Source: an uncultured virus (IMG/VR IMGVR_UViG_3300044591_001667)
Lineage: Duplodnaviria; Heunggongvirae; Uroviricota; Caudoviricetes
Reading direction: 5' to 3' (one strand)
Virus record (IMG/VR): IMGVR_UViG_3300044591_001667
DNA length: 64,000 nucleotides
Part shown: piece after piece, positions 63,974 to 64,000 of the stretch
Numbering within the stretch: position 1 is the stretch's first letter
How the letters are laid out: each line of letters starts with the position of its first letter
Position numbers and translations under genes: made by a program
Notes under the pieces: generated by a model
Told to the model about the DNA's origin: nothing
Databases searched by the model: none
Seen by the model: the letters and a program-made list of their open reading frames with translations, nothing else

Positions 63974-64000
63974 TTCTCCTCGAAGAGAAGATTGAAGTAG

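Noticed and set aside
1..64000. Stop-codon reassignment, integrase, transposase, large terminase, tRNA or rRNA genes
   Set aside because: Genes tile densely under the standard code using all three stops; none of these signatures recognised by eye.

Overview
A 64-kb segment of a large tailed dsDNA phage genome. The host is most likely a low-GC freshwater Actinobacterium (inferred from DUF3039-like, NrdH and FmdB-like genes, proteasome-beta-like Ntn peptidase, many leaderless genes, GAAAGGA Shine-Dalgarno sites). All product calls are by-eye motif recognition; no database searches were run. (1) 1-22.6 kb, minus strand, head module: probable second capsid protein (truncated), major capsid protein with acidic scaffold-like N-terminus, 1394-aa maturation protease fusion, a 3125-aa multi-enzyme protein (DEDDh exonuclease, NUDIX, atypical kinase, WYL-like, ART-like), Cys-rich protein and portal. 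(2) 22.6-44.4 kb, early/accessory region of short mostly minus-strand genes (transglycosylase, Ntn peptidase, vWA + MoxR AAA, small ART-like, probable small terminase, probable holin), dense in non-coding signals: a repeated promoter with a TGCAGGAAG core, an AYGACGAAAGGA start motif, host-TF-like boxes and repeat arrays at 22.8-23.3, 38.3-40.6 and 44.1-44.4 kb. A polar TTTTTACCC motif recurs about once per kb, and GATC/AGCT/CCWGG sites, scarce elsewhere in this region, cluster around it. (3) 44.4-64 kb, mostly plus strand: class II ribonucleotide reductase, NrdH, two M23 peptidases, tryptophan-halogenase-like enzyme, SAM decarboxylase, ABC-ATPase/GNAT fusion and glycan-related enzymes. No tRNA, rRNA, CRISPR array, integrase or large terminase recognised. 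Best novel-system candidates: the TTTTTACCC restriction-site islands and the giant multi-enzyme head-module protein.
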